A stretch of DNA of 29,621 bases. Source: a bacterium. Lineage in GTDB: Bacteria > UBA10199 > 2-02-FULL-44-16 > DYJF01. The stretch covers positions 1-29,621 of the forward strand of contig JBGSNL010000035.1 in NCBI GenBank assembly GCA_041739675.1, in the 5' to 3' direction. The notes under the pieces are model-generated. The model searched no databases, had not been told where the DNA came from, and saw only the letters and a list, made by a program, of their open reading frames with translations. Made by a program: the position numbers and the translations under genes. Positions 8,574-18,269 of this stretch are shown here, piece after piece (within the stretch, counting starts at the first letter, position 1; each line of letters opens with the position of its first letter).

Positions 8574-9638
8574 CTATCTCCTCATCTCATCTATCTGCTT
8601 CATCAGCTCGTCTTCGATTTCGTCTTCACGGCAGGTCTTCACAACCTCACCCTTGCGTATGATCATTCCTTTACCGTTACCCCCTGCGACTCCCACATCG
8701 GCGTGTGACGCCTCGCCGGGACCGTTCACGATGCAACCCATGACCGCAACTTTGAGCGGGCCTCTCACGCCCTCCAGCCGCTTCTCAAGACGGTTCACAA
8801 GCCCCTCCAGATCTATCTGCAACCGGCCGCAAGTGGGACATGACACGATCTCCACATATGGACGTTTCCTCAAACCAAGCGATGCCAATATTTCGTATGC
8901 GGCTTTAACTTCTTTAACAGGATCAGCTGTCAGGGAGACGCGGACCGTGTCGCCTATTCCCTCCTGAAGAAGCGTGCCGATTCCCAGAGCGGATTTTATG
9001 GCGCCGGTCAAAAGCGTTCCCGCTTCGGTGACGCCCAGATGGAGCGGATAATCGACGCGGGACGATAAAAGCCTGTACGCGGCAATCGTGTCTTCGACCC
9101 CCGATGCCTTGACCGAAATTTTGATATCGTTAAAATTCAGATCTTCAAGAATCCTCACATGTCCCAAAGCCGATTCCACAAGCGCTTCCGGAGTGGGGCC
9201 GCCGAAACGCGCAAGCAACTCTTTTTCCAGAGAGCCGCCATTGACACCGATGCGAATCGGTACTTTTCTGTTTTTCGCTTCCGTTGCAACTTCGCGCACG
9301 CGTTCTTTTGCCCCGATGTTTCCTGGATTGAGTCTTAAACCCTCCACTCCCTGTTCCAATGCGATAAGCGCAAGCTTATGCTGGAAGTGGATGTCCGCGA
9401 TGAGAGGAATCTTTATCGATTTTCTGATTTGCCCCAGAACCCTTGCAGCATCTTCGTCGGGAACGGCGACGCGGATGATCTCGCAGCCGGCGTTTTCAAG
9501 CCTTCCGATCTGTTCGACCGTGGCGGCAGCATTGCGCGTGTCGGTATTCGTCATTGATTGGACGGAAATTTTTGCGGTGCCGCCAACGGGTACACTTCCG
9601 ACTCTTATCTCTCTTGTCTTCTTTCTTGTGATGTTCAT
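8574..9638 (-). CDS. ispG: (E)-4-hydroxy-3-methylbut-2-enyl-diphosphate synthase
   Basis: VQSMTNTDT, PLIADIHF, RLNPGNIG, HLGVTEAG, SCPTCGR, VAVMGCIVNGPGE ([4Fe-4S] cysteines). Confidence 0.98.
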   Translation of the reverse strand: MNITRKKTREIRVGSVPVGGTAKISVQSMTNTDTRNAAATVEQIGRLENAGCEIIRVAVPDEDAARVLGQIRKSIKIPLIADIHFQHKLALIALEQGVEGLRLNPGNIGAKERVREVATEAKNRKVPIRIGVNGGSLEKELLARFGGPTPEALVESALGHVRILEDLNFNDIKISVKASGVEDTIAAYRLLSSRVDYPLHLGVTEAGTLLTGAIKSALGIGTLLQEGIGDTVRVSLTADPVKEVKAAYEILASLGLRKRPYVEIVSCPTCGRLQIDLEGLVNRLEKRLEGVRGPLKVAVMGCIVNGPGEASHADVGVAGGNGKGMIIRKGEVVKTCREDEIEDELMKQIDEMRR

Positions 9639-10882
9639 TTCGGAATAATGAGCGAACAGCCCTTCCCTCCGCTATCGCTGACATCGCCGTCGCCTGAGTC
9701 AGGCGGACAGTAAGTATCGAAATTCACGCTCTCTATCTTCACAGCTTCCATCTCTACAGTCTCACCGCCGTTGTCGCACTTGGCCTGGCCTATCGTTCCC
9801 GGCTCGAATCCCACGGGTGGGCTTCCAAGCGGCTCAAAGCCGGACATTCCGGTGTAGCTGGAATCCAACGGCTCGTAGACCACGTCATAGGTCCTTCCCG
9901 GGACAATGCCGTGGAGATAGTAATGACCGTCTTCATTGCATGCCGTGTACATGACTCCGGAGACCATCGAACGCGAATCGGCCTTCACAAACGACTCATC
10001 GGAGCTCACGCGCTTTGCGATGACGTTGATTCCCTGCATGGGCCTGCCATTCATATCCTGTATCTCGCCCGTGATCGTGCAAAACGAACTCCCGAATGCA
10101 GCAGATGAATAGATCCACGAGATAGTCGAAATATCGTCAGTCTTCAGCTCCGCCCCCTGCCTGTATGTCTTCAACGCAGGAAACATTGTCGGAATGTACT
10201 GTGCGTCAGGACAATTCGCGACATCTATGTTCGTACCCGGCGTCAGTGTGCAATTGTCGGCGACGTCCAGATTCACCTGCGTATGGTCAAGGTTGATAAG
10301 ATGGCCCAGCTCATGCTGGATGGCGGCCTGAAACTGCTCCTTCGTCAAACTGATCTCGCCGCCGGAAAGAAGAAGCCCGTTCAAAATCACAATTCCCTTG
10401 AGAAGCACTTTTCCGTCCTCGTCGGAGAGAAGAAGCTCCGTCAAGCCCGGGATGTAGAGATAATTTTCCCCCGCCATATCCTTTGTGATCATTCCATTTT
10501 TATCGAAGACTATGACTATCTTGCCGGGGTTGTTGTTGTAGTACGTTTCATAATTAGTCTCATCGATCCCCTCGTCAGTGTGCCCTCCGAACGCTGCCGT
10601 GAAACCGACCGTCTTGACGAGAACTCTGTCCTTATCCAGAAGCCCCGCGTCCGCCCATTTGGCAAACGCTGCGCTGATCCACTCCTTGGCCGTTGCATTG
10701 TTTACGGTGGTTGAAAGATCGTTTCCCTCCGGCTCTATCCACCACTCAAGCGTGTTGCCGCCCCAATGTTGGGCATCGCCAAGATCCTTCACCCTGTTGA
10801 CCCAGAACGGCCCGCCGGCATATGCCGACGACGCAGTCAAAAAACCGATTGCCGCGATCACGAGCCAGAAACGGCGTTTCAC
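9635..10882 (-). CDS. Secreted metzincin (matrixin-like) zinc metalloprotease with C-terminal GGKGCSLIIPK
   Basis: GTG 10882 with SD AGGAGG, signal peptide ending SSAYA, HELGHLINLDH zinc motif, Met-turn PTMFP, then a carboxypeptidase-regulatory-like beta domain (ITGEIQDMNGRPMQGINV). Confidence 0.85.
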   Translation of the reverse strand: MKRRFWLVIAAIGFLTASSAYAGGPFWVNRVKDLGDAQHWGGNTLEWWIEPEGNDLSTTVNNATAKEWISAAFAKWADAGLLDKDRVLVKTVGFTAAFGGHTDEGIDETNYETYYNNNPGKIVIVFDKNGMITKDMAGENYLYIPGLTELLLSDEDGKVLLKGIVILNGLLLSGGEISLTKEQFQAAIQHELGHLINLDHTQVNLDVADNCTLTPGTNIDVANCPDAQYIPTMFPALKTYRQGAELKTDDISTISWIYSSAAFGSSFCTITGEIQDMNGRPMQGINVIAKRVSSDESFVKADSRSMVSGVMYTACNEDGHYYLHGIVPGRTYDVVYEPLDSSYTGMSGFEPLGSPPVGFEPGTIGQAKCDNGGETVEMEAVKIESVNFDTYCPPDSGDGDVSDSGGKGCSLIIPK

Positions 10883-10892
10883 CTTGAACCTC

Positions 10893-11504
10893 CTATTTAG
10901 ATTGTAACACATTCACAAAATTCTTTAAATCGTCATAAGGGATGGGCCCCTCTGGAGGCTTTGAAACGCTTATATTTGCGGCCTTCATAGCCTTTCCGCC
11001 CGCCGTGTTCTTTCCCATCCCTTTGAAGACACTCTTCGAAAATTTGTTCACGACGGTCGCCTTCCCGTCCTTTTCAACATATTCGAAGACACCTTTGGTC
11101 ATCCCCTGCACCGCATAGACGCCCAGCTTAGTGGGGCCGGTCAAGAAAACCACATATTCCTTGCCCGGCTCGAATTCATAAAAACCGACTGCATAGGGTT
11201 TCCCGGTTTTCAGCGCCTCCTGCCTTGAGACTCCGTACGTATCGAATATGAATGGATCGGGGGCAGACCCTTTGAGAACTTCTCTGATCGGATGAAAACG
11301 CCAACGCGAAACGGTGATGCCGGAAGGCGCCGCTTCAGGGTAAATTGTCTCAATCGTTACACCCTCGCACTTACCTGTGATAATGATGTTCGCGTGCTTC
11401 GTCATCTCTTCCAGATTCTGCTCTATCATCTGATAGCCGTTTGCCCCGAAAAGAGGGACAACGATGCAGATAAGGCCGAAAATAAACGCGATTCTGCTCC
11501 TCAT
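10893..11504 (-). CDS. Exported hypothetical protein, probable partner of the metalloprotease
   Basis: SD GGAGG and a signal peptide. The LEEMTKHANIIITGK...FEPGKEYVVFL pattern resembles domains often found before matrixins. Ends 10 nt before the protease start. Confidence 0.8.
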   Translation of the reverse strand: MRSRIAFIFGLICIVVPLFGANGYQMIEQNLEEMTKHANIIITGKCEGVTIETIYPEAAPSGITVSRWRFHPIREVLKGSAPDPFIFDTYGVSRQEALKTGKPYAVGFYEFEPGKEYVVFLTGPTKLGVYAVQGMTKGVFEYVEKDGKATVVNKFSKSVFKGMGKNTAGGKAMKAANISVSKPPEGPIPYDDLKNFVNVLQSK

Positions 11505-11565
11505 AGAGTGCCTCCTTTAGGAACCAAGCACTATCCTTAATGGGTTTAAAAGTCAATTGAAGGGC

Positions 11566-11604
11566 AAAACAAAAGAAAAGGGCGAATCGTCTCCGATTCG
11601 CCCT
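11566..11604 (-). terminator. Intrinsic terminator
   Basis: AGGGCGAATCG-N4-CGATTCGCCCT stem followed on the minus strand by a T-rich tract. Confidence 0.8.
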
Positions 11605-11628
11605 CGTTGTATATTCATTATCCGAGGT

Positions 11629-12096
11629 TTATTCTTTCGTCATTTCGATTGAATATTTTGCGCAGGTTGCGCCAAGCTGGCCGGCCACCGGCGCGCCGTC
11701 AATGTATTCGCACACGCCCGCCATACCCGTGTCTGTGAATTCAATATCGAAAATCTTGGTGCTCGAAACTTCGCGCTTCACGATTACGGTCTTGCCGTCC
11801 TTGATGTTACCCGAGGACTCCGAACTATCTTCAAACGCAATGCTGACAAGCTCTCCGCTCTGGATCACGTCCAGCGTGAGATCCTCTTTTGCGCCGACCT
11901 CTTCCGCAAGATTCGCGCAGCTGTTTTCCGTGAGAGTTATCTGGCCCTTGTAGGTCCCCTGAAATTCTCCGCCGTTCGAATACGGAGCCACGACGTCGGG
12001 GCCGAAACCTTCATAAGGCGTGCCGTTGTCGTCAAATGCAGCGCAGGCCGATACAAGCGCCAATGCAATGACGGTGACAAAAATTCGTATTTTCAT
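11629..12096 (-). CDS. Putative lipoprotein (155 aa)
   Basis: ATG 12096 with SD AAGGAGGGG. MKIRIFVTVIALALVSAC lipobox followed by a beta-rich body. Confidence 0.8.
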   Translation of the reverse strand: MKIRIFVTVIALALVSACAAFDDNGTPYEGFGPDVVAPYSNGGEFQGTYKGQITLTENSCANLAEEVGAKEDLTLDVIQSGELVSIAFEDSSESSGNIKDGKTVIVKREVSSTKIFDIEFTDTGMAGVCEYIDGAPVAGQLGATCAKYSIEMTKE

Positions 12097-12265
12097 CCCA
12101 CCCCTCCTTGCCCGCCTGCCTGCAACTGCGGGCTGTTTGCTCCCTCCAATCATGTTATCGTCGTAATTACAAGAAAGTTGCGCAGTTTTTTTGATGATTT
12201 GATTGACTTCTCTGCGATTGTCGATATTATCAATGAAAACGCGGACTTCCGCGCCAGTGGGGATG

Positions 12266-14110
12266 ATGAGACCAGGGAAAACCATCTTATATCCGTTGGT
12301 TGTGTTGTGTGCGCTCGTCTGCGCCGGCCCCGCCATTGCCAAGAAGAACGTCAGCGTCTTAAGAATCAGCCCTGCAACCGACGGCGGAAAATACGTCAAC
12401 GTAGAGGAATCTAACACACTCAAACAGTGGAAATTCAACGCCGGAATTTTCTTCGACTATGCATTCGAGCCTCTGGAGTTCGCGACAACGGCGGGATCAA
12501 GACAACGCGGCATAGTCGACGACGTCCTGGAAGCAAATGCCTTCGCAGGTGTCGCGTTCACTAACTGGTTCACTCTGGGCGCCGACTTTCCGCTCATAAT
12601 CGCCCAAACCTTTCTGGACCCGAACATAACCACGGAAGAGGTCCAGTCAAAAACAAACAAGGGGCTTGTGGGAGATGCAAGGGTCGAGATGAAATTCAGG
12701 CTTCTCGATATAGAGCGCTACCACTTCGGCATTTCCGTCGTCCCTTTTCTGTTCATCCCCACAGGCAACACCAAATATTTTGTGGGCACCGGCATGTGGT
12801 CTCCCGGCGTTCTGCTGGCCCTTGAGGGCAACATAAAGAACCGGCTTTTTTTGTCCTTGAACGCGGGTTATCAAAATTATCAGCGGACCCCGTATTTGCA
12901 AAATGAGCTAAACCCCAACGCCTATCTGGACGATTCGATCATACTGAATCTCGGCGCCAACGTCCGCTTGAGCAATTCATGGGCAATTTTGGGCGAGGCA
13001 ATTTCGGAGAGCGTGATCTCGGGGTTCTGGAAAAATCATCTCCAGAACCCGGCGGAGTTTCTGATTGGCATGAGATACACTTCTCACAACCCAAGGGGGC
13101 TCGCGTTCACCTTCACCGGCGGAGGAGGAATCACTAACGGCGTGGGATCTCCCAACTACCGCGTGCTATTCGGCGTGAACTACCGCCGGCCCGAGAAACA
13201 ACCAGCCCCTCCGCCGGTCCCGGTGGAGGTTGTGGTCGAGGAGAAAATCGCCATCACGCAGCGGATACATTTCGAGTTCGACCGCGCCGTCATAAGGCCG
13301 GTATCGTATCCCATTCTTAACGACGTGATCGCTCTCATATTGCAAAATCCGCAGATACGGCTTGTGAGGGTTGAGGGCCATACCGATTGGATCGGCACGG
13401 ACCAATACAACTTGAGACTTTCGGAAGCACGCGCAAATGCAGTGCGTGATTTCTTAAGCGCAAACGGAATATCACCGGACCGTTTGATAGCAGCGGGGTA
13501 CGGAGAGTCGAGACCGATCGCCGACAACAACACCGCTGTGGGCCGGGCACGTAACCGGCGCACCGAGTTTACGGTGATACAGTCCGGCGACAAAGATAAA
13601 TTTGAAAAACCCTATGTCGTGCCGCGCCCCGCTCCAACTCCGGCGCCGGCTCCAACTCCGGCACCAACACCTGCACCGAAACCTGCGCCTGCTCCTACGC
13701 CAAAGCCGGCGCCCAAACCTGTTACAGCACCGAAGCCAGCGCCTGCACCGGCTCCCGCGCCGGTCTCAACGCCTGCTCCTGTGCAGAAACCGGCAGCTGC
13801 GGAAGAATCGCAGCCGACTTACAGACAAGTTGTAGTGCCGCCGTCGACAAGATACGGTGAAACCTCTCCTTCGGCCCCCTCCACAACGACGCCTTCAACC
13901 AAGTACGGCGAACCGAAATCTTCGACTTCAACTACGCCCTCCAACAAGTACGGGGAACCTCAATCTTCCACGCCATCAAAGAACGGGTCCTCTTCCAAAT
14001 ACGGCGATGGAGAACCCTCAAATTCCGGCTCATCAAAACCATCCGGCAAGTATGGCACCACGCCGGAGACGAAGCCTTCAAGCTCCTCCAAGACTAATTC
14101 GAAATATTAG
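12266..14110 (+). CDS. OmpA-family outer-membrane protein: N-terminal beta-barrel, peptidoglycan-binding OmpA_C domain, Pro/Ala linker and KYG-repeat tail
   Basis: Signal peptide ending AGPAIA, amphipathic strands ending YRVLFGVNY, IHFEFDRA...VEGHTD...YNLRLSEARA...GYGESRP...RARNRRTEF. Start uncertain (12233, 12263 or 12266). Confidence 0.88.
   Translation: MRPGKTILYPLVVLCALVCAGPAIAKKNVSVLRISPATDGGKYVNVEESNTLKQWKFNAGIFFDYAFEPLEFATTAGSRQRGIVDDVLEANAFAGVAFTNWFTLGADFPLIIAQTFLDPNITTEEVQSKTNKGLVGDARVEMKFRLLDIERYHFGISVVPFLFIPTGNTKYFVGTGMWSPGVLLALEGNIKNRLFLSLNAGYQNYQRTPYLQNELNPNAYLDDSIILNLGANVRLSNSWAILGEAISESVISGFWKNHLQNPAEFLIGMRYTSHNPRGLAFTFTGGGGITNGVGSPNYRVLFGVNYRRPEKQPAPPPVPVEVVVEEKIAITQRIHFEFDRAVIRPVSYPILNDVIALILQNPQIRLVRVEGHTDWIGTDQYNLRLSEARANAVRDFLSANGISPDRLIAAGYGESRPIADNNTAVGRARNRRTEFTVIQSGDKDKFEKPYVVPRPAPTPAPAPTPAPTPAPKPAPAPTPKPAPKPVTAPKPAPAPAPAPVSTPAPVQKPAAAEESQPTYRQVVVPPSTRYGETSPSAPSTTTPSTKYGEPKSSTSTTPSNKYGEPQSSTPSKNGSSSKYGDGEPSNSGSSKPSGKYGTTPETKPSSSSKTNSKY
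13620..13800 (+). repeat. Pro/Ala/Thr/Lys low-complexity coding repeat (PAPTPAPKP)
   Basis: Degenerate tandem codons such as ccggctccaactccggc, giving PAPTPAPAPTPAPTPAPKPAPAP. Confidence 0.8.
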
Positions 14111-14126
14111 GTGAGTCGTACTGTGT

Positions 14127-15917
14127 TCACTTGAAGACCCAGATGATATCGGCCTGATCCAGATAGAGCTCCCAACCGTGGACTCTATATCCGTCTCCGC
14201 CCAAGAACCAGTAAGCGGCATTATTGACGCCGTCGTCGGTTGCCACCATCATGTCGAGGTAGCCATCGTTATCGATATCGCCCGCCAGCGGGTCGTTGAC
14301 AACGTCCTTGAAATATACGTGGCCCATGCCCAGACAGTCGATTTCCATACTTGCATGCTTCACGTTCCTCGAAATCATATAATATCTCTCATACCAATCG
14401 ACGCGTCCCGAAAAAACATAGATCTTCGACAGTATCACCCTGTTCCTCATATCCCTCTCTTCCACATAGAAGGCTATCTCATCCCTTGCGTCGCCGTCGA
14501 AATCGCCTATGCCGGCGACATTCAAAAATGTATCCCAATTTGTCGTGAAATATAGGTCGGAATCGGGGGCGAGAGTTAGACGCCCCTCGAATGCCTCACC
14601 ACCGAAGAATACATTTACGTGAGGCCTCAAGCTGTGGTACCCGCCAAGGGCGAATTTCCTCTCAAGCTCGGCGACCAGAAGATCGGATTTCCCGTCACCG
14701 TTGAAGTCACCTGCGGCCAGATCGACTATGATTCGCGACGCGCTGCCCCCCAACTCCTCAATTGTCGGATTGCCGGAAATTTCGCCCCCCTTGACGATCC
14801 AAACACCCCAGTCGTAGGGCTGACCGGATGCCGACACTCTGTTGTGAATCATCGCAAAATCGTCTTTCCCGTCGCCGTCAAAATCCCCCACAGCCGTCGG
14901 GTGCGTGAGCGCGTGGCCTGCGCCACCGAGCGTCATGCTGTTATAGTTTATCAGCAGACTGCCGCCTGTAGGGAATGGGGCGGGGAGGAAATAGACCTTT
15001 TGCAAAACACTTCCATCTGCGTAAGGCGTTTCGGCCGAGACGAGAAGATCGGTCAGACCGTCACCGTTAAGATCCGCCGCGACCGGGCCGTGCAGCGTGA
15101 TTCCGGTCACAACACCCACAGTCTGATATATCGACGACGTAGGCGTATCCGATCCAAGCTCAACGGGATCCCAAATTTTAAGTGTGTAATTCGTCGCCAC
15201 GATCTCGCCGTTGCCTCCGAGCTGATCCGCCGCGACGAGTTTCGCTAAAGCGGCCGCGCCGCTCTCCTTTGGAATTCTCACGGTCGCATCGGCATAATCA
15301 TAAGCGGACCCGTCGAAATAGAATGAGTCGCCCGTGTCGATATCGGAAAGCGTCTTCTCCCAGATTCCGCCCGCCGCCGACACGAAATCGCCTGCGAGGA
15401 GCGCCGCATCAAATCCCTCTGTAAACGGAGAGGTGACAACGTCGGCCGCGCAGGACCCGCTTTGATCTGCGTCGTAGGGATTTCTTCCGATGGTCGCCGT
15501 TAATTCAATGTTGCTCATCAACACTATGCCGGAGACGTCGGAGGCTCCCGCAAATATTGTGAGGGTATAAGTCCGGCAGTACGCAAACGGCCCTCTCATG
15601 CGAAGAACCGTGACATCGGGAGACCAGCTCTCCAGAATTCCCGTCACTTCGCTCCCACTTTCATCTGTGACCTGCCAATTGACCGACTCATCGTCCATGT
15701 AAGATGAGAACTTGATTTCGAGGTAGTGGAACCCGACGGTCAGAACCGAGGCGGTCATGACGCGCTTGTCTATGCCGTCGCCGCCCGTCGGTACCCCAGG
15801 CACTTCAATGGGATCGAGCGGACCTAAATTTTTATGTTTGCAGCCGGACGCCAGCACTACCGCCGACATGACGGCGACAAGCATCAGGAAGAAAAATCTT
15901 TGGACGACACTCCCCAT
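14127..15917 (-). CDS. FG-GAP/integrin-alpha repeat lipoprotein with N-terminal Ig-like domain
   Basis: Lipobox VLASGC and repeated motifs ADLNGDGLTDLLV, GDFDGDGKDDFA, GDFNGDGKSDLLV, GDFDGDARDEIA, GDIDNDGYLDMMV. Confidence 0.88.
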   Translation of the reverse strand: MGSVVQRFFFLMLVAVMSAVVLASGCKHKNLGPLDPIEVPGVPTGGDGIDKRVMTASVLTVGFHYLEIKFSSYMDDESVNWQVTDESGSEVTGILESWSPDVTVLRMRGPFAYCRTYTLTIFAGASDVSGIVLMSNIELTATIGRNPYDADQSGSCAADVVTSPFTEGFDAALLAGDFVSAAGGIWEKTLSDIDTGDSFYFDGSAYDYADATVRIPKESGAAALAKLVAADQLGGNGEIVATNYTLKIWDPVELGSDTPTSSIYQTVGVVTGITLHGPVAADLNGDGLTDLLVSAETPYADGSVLQKVYFLPAPFPTGGSLLINYNSMTLGGAGHALTHPTAVGDFDGDGKDDFAMIHNRVSASGQPYDWGVWIVKGGEISGNPTIEELGGSASRIIVDLAAGDFNGDGKSDLLVAELERKFALGGYHSLRPHVNVFFGGEAFEGRLTLAPDSDLYFTTNWDTFLNVAGIGDFDGDARDEIAFYVEERDMRNRVILSKIYVFSGRVDWYERYYMISRNVKHASMEIDCLGMGHVYFKDVVNDPLAGDIDNDGYLDMMVATDDGVNNAAYWFLGGDGYRVHGWELYLDQADIIWVFK

Positions 15918-15961
15918 AGTAATCCTCTTCAGGCAGAAGAACGCTCCTTACCTCTATCTTT

Positions 15962-15977
15962 AGCATCAGTTATGCCA
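15962..15977 (-). promoter_or_regulatory. sigma54 promoter
   Basis: TGGCATAACTGATGCT (GG-N10-GC), 45 nt upstream of ATG 15917. IHF-like TAAGCCCTTGAAA at about 16002-16014. Confidence 0.7.
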
Positions 15978-16082
15978 AGATGAAGCACTCGACCTCAAGG
16001 ATAAGCCCTTGAAATATCTGATTATTTATTTGCGGAGTCTCCGTTTATGGGTAAAAAAACACAGGGCTCTATTGACACCGTC

Positions 16083-16112
16083 AAAAAAAACGCCCGCCAA
16101 AATGGCGGGCGT
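16083..16112 (-). terminator. Intrinsic terminator
   Basis: ACGCCCGCCA-N3-TGGCGGGCGT stem plus a T-tract on the minus strand, just after the stop at 16134. Confidence 0.85.
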
Positions 16113-16133
16113 CTTCTCAAAGCTTACATCTGA

Positions 16134-18269
16134 TCAATTAGGCGGTCCCGACTCAACAATATCTGCAATGTATCCAGTCTTGGTCAGGTTCATTGCCCGC
16201 TTCTGGAGGAGATCGAAGTCTAACGTGCTGTCAGCCTTGAAGACAACGATCGTTGAAACCGTGTATCCCGACATAGCTGAATACGGGATGATGCAGTCGT
16301 CATTGACGTTAAAGTATCCGGTCGCGCCTGCACCGCAGCCAAATGAGCTCAGGAGCCTCGCCCACTTGTCATCGTCGCCCAGATAGCTCACTTCAATACC
16401 GTTCTGATCGTCGATGATGAGCTTGATCTCCCTGGGATGAGCGTCGGACAGGTTGGCCGCTGTCAAGTCAAACTTCGCGCCGTCCACTTCCACCCAATGA
16501 TCGGTATCCCACTCCTTCTTTAATCCGACTACCATTACGTGCGCGGCCGAGGCGACATCCCGCACTTCCAATCCGAACGCGTAATAGTCATTTGAAACTT
16601 TGTCGGCCGCTCTTACGAGTATCTTGTCGCCGATGCCATAGGTGGCCAGATCATCGACCTTTATGGACAGCTGTATCGGGAATTGGTCTACCGCCATCTC
16701 AGCAATCGTCATAACGAGATTACCTGCTGCCATACCGGCACCTGTTCCAATAACCCGCTCAAGGAAGTTGACACCGTCCCACTCGAGCACAGCGGCATTG
16801 GCCTCTGCAGCCGAATCGAGGGCCGCAGCAGGAGCGAACTCGTCTTGCGCCAGACCCGGATAGTTGAAAATCTCATCGCTATCCAAGCCGAAGTGGTCCG
16901 CGAACATCGCAGTACTGGCGCTAGGCATAGCGACCAGGTTCAAAGACACGGGATCCTTCTGGATCGACACGTTCCCTCCGCCGTCTATTGCCTTGATGCC
17001 TTTTATCTCGTAAACAAACTGCTGTTTTTCATATGCCCATGCGTTTGCAACACCGATGTTGGCAATTCCGCTGTTCGGAGGAAGAGTCAGCGTCGAAACC
17101 GTGGCAGGCATTCCGGCGGGCAGACCTGTTCCGGCCAGTGTTATGTTCGTAGCGTTGGCCGTGCCGTCGGTGTAGCTCAAACCGGGAGTCAGCGTCAACG
17201 TGACCTCGGTCGGATCAACATCGCCGTCCTCTACAACCCCACCGCCGCCCGAAGACAGCGAACTGAATGCCGCAAGGTCATAGTGCGTAGCGGTCAGAGC
17301 GCATTCGACATCGACGTTATCGCAGAAGAGATAGCTCACGTAAGTGTTGTCGAACACCTTATCGAGCGAGCCTGATGTCACACCATTCGTCGTTACCATC
17401 ATTTCGATATATCTGTCGAAGTCGATGACCTGGGTCCCACCCGATCCTTTGGCAGAGAACGAAATCACTTTTCTGAAGTCATTGAACGTCGTGGGAAGAA
17501 ACTGCGCCGGTTTCAAATCGCGTACTGCGTCGGCAGAAAAGTCGCATGTCGGATAGACACCGCCCTTGCAGCCCGTCGCTACGGTTGTATCCCAACCCGA
17601 ATTCCCGTTCGTGTCGTCATCTACGATGGTCATGTCAAGGAAGTCAAAATCGGGTTTCTCAATCGCGAAATCTGGAGAACCGTTCGCGATATAGTCCACG
17701 GTCATGAATTCCACGAGACGAGAGGTGCTCCGCGTATCGGCCAGAGGCTCCAAGCTTAAGTCATCTACATCGACGTGCACCGAGCATTTCAGTCTCATCA
17801 AAATGTAGTCAGTGTCAGACAACGGGATGTCGTGCATATTGCCTCTGAGTTGGATAAGAGCGAACTTGGCAGAGACCGGATGCGTAACTTCCCATGTGAT
17901 GCAGTTCAAAGGATCTTTGCCCGCGGCATCGCAATCCGCCTTGGGATCGCCCGAAACCTTGGGAATCACAGGCACTGAGTTGTGCGATAACGCACTGGGT
18001 ACTATGTCGCACCCCGTGATACTACCTGATCCCCCAATCGACTCGGCTCCGAAATCCAGCCTTCCTCCGCCGGGTTCAATCGGGATGTTCTTCGTGGATG
18101 AGGTCAAAACGTCGAGCGCGCCGGCGCCGCCTGAAATGGTGATAGGCACCGAATCAACATCGCCGTATGCCGTTCCCCCGTCCAGCGTAGCCTTACCACC
18201 GCATCCCCATGCCATGATAAGTCCTGCTGATGCTACTACTGCTATCAAAACCAATATTTTGTTCTTCAT
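16134..18269 (-). CDS. Large acidic surface lipoprotein (711 aa), function unknown
   Basis: MKNKILVLIAVVASAGLIMAWGC lipoprotein-type signal, SD AAGGGGGGTG, Asp/Thr/Gly-rich with several Cys. An alternative in-frame ATG lies at 18329. Confidence 0.82.
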   Translation of the reverse strand: MKNKILVLIAVVASAGLIMAWGCGGKATLDGGTAYGDVDSVPITISGGAGALDVLTSSTKNIPIEPGGGRLDFGAESIGGSGSITGCDIVPSALSHNSVPVIPKVSGDPKADCDAAGKDPLNCITWEVTHPVSAKFALIQLRGNMHDIPLSDTDYILMRLKCSVHVDVDDLSLEPLADTRSTSRLVEFMTVDYIANGSPDFAIEKPDFDFLDMTIVDDDTNGNSGWDTTVATGCKGGVYPTCDFSADAVRDLKPAQFLPTTFNDFRKVISFSAKGSGGTQVIDFDRYIEMMVTTNGVTSGSLDKVFDNTYVSYLFCDNVDVECALTATHYDLAAFSSLSSGGGGVVEDGDVDPTEVTLTLTPGLSYTDGTANATNITLAGTGLPAGMPATVSTLTLPPNSGIANIGVANAWAYEKQQFVYEIKGIKAIDGGGNVSIQKDPVSLNLVAMPSASTAMFADHFGLDSDEIFNYPGLAQDEFAPAAALDSAAEANAAVLEWDGVNFLERVIGTGAGMAAGNLVMTIAEMAVDQFPIQLSIKVDDLATYGIGDKILVRAADKVSNDYYAFGLEVRDVASAAHVMVVGLKKEWDTDHWVEVDGAKFDLTAANLSDAHPREIKLIIDDQNGIEVSYLGDDDKWARLLSSFGCGAGATGYFNVNDDCIIPYSAMSGYTVSTIVVFKADSTLDFDLLQKRAMNLTKTGYIADIVESGPPN

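Noticed and set aside
12097..12438. Long N-terminal extension of ORF 11629..12438
   Set aside because: Overlaps the divergent OmpA-family gene. The SD and lipobox support ATG 12096.
13620..14110. Possible CRISPR or other DNA-level repeat array
   Set aside because: The repeats are degenerate at third codon positions and in frame, so they are protein-level. There is no constant repeat with unique spacers.
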